Below, piece by piece: positions 15,328-15,463 of a stretch of 15,463 bases of DNA (position 1 is its first letter; the number at the start of each line of letters is the position of its first letter). The stretch covers positions 1 to 15,463 of the forward strand of contig JBBRLQ010000063.1 in NCBI GenBank assembly GCA_038231275.1. Reading direction: 5' to 3'. Under the pieces are notes generated by a model. It saw only the letters and a list, made by a program, of their open reading frames with translations, made no database searches and was not told where the DNA came from. Origin of the DNA: Polyangiales bacterium (GTDB lineage: Bacteria; Myxococcota_A; Polyangia; Polyangiales; Polyangiaceae). Made by a program: the position numbers and the translations under genes.

Positions 15328-15463
15328 TCTTCACCCGCTTCCGTGGACACCCCGAAAGGCGCGAAGATGCGCCAGGAGTGTTCGATGGCGAAACGAGAAG
15401 CACGACGAGGGCGACGGTCGTTCACCGCGGAGTTCAAGGCCGAAGCGGTCCGGCTCTGCAAGG
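15323..15463 (+). mobile_element. Left end (IRL plus start of orfA) of the same IS3-family element, truncated by the window edge
   Basis: Exact inverted copy of 1-141; IS3-like TGATCT...GTGGACAC starts at 15325. Confidence 0.88.
15385..15463 (+). CDS. IS3-family transposase OrfA, N-terminal fragment (partial)
   Basis: AGGAG at 15374-15378, ATG at 15385, translating MAKREARRGRRSFTAEFKAEAVRLCK. Confidence 0.85.
   Translation, partial: MAKREARRGRRSFTAEFKAEAVRLCK

Noticed and set aside
1..15463. CRISPR arrays, tRNA or rRNA genes
   Set aside because: No regularly spaced direct repeats or RNA-gene signatures; nearly all sequence is accounted for by CDS and IS ends.

Overview
GC-rich window, probably from a myxobacterium (inferred from a MYXO-CTERM-type protein). 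Both ends carry the same 141-bp left end of an IS3-family element in inverted orientation. The left 3.5 kb is a triple nest of insertion sequences: an IS407-group IS3 element is cut by the terminal IS3 copy and interrupted by an intact-looking 2545-bp IS66 element with an 8-bp target duplication. Next is an EcoKI-like Type I restriction-modification locus (hsdR, hsdM, hsdS). hsdR and hsdM are separated by 5.3 kb holding three unrelated envelope genes: a small membrane protein, an internally duplicated TM+TPR-like protein, and a 14-repeat beta-propeller/Cys-rich MYXO-CTERM surface protein. The right IS3 copy clips the hsdS C-terminus and supplies its stop codon. The conserved hsd sequence turns G-rich just before each variable segment (cargo slot, TRD1, TRD2) and is C-rich just after the first two, suggesting the cargo slot is an exchangeable cassette like the TRDs.
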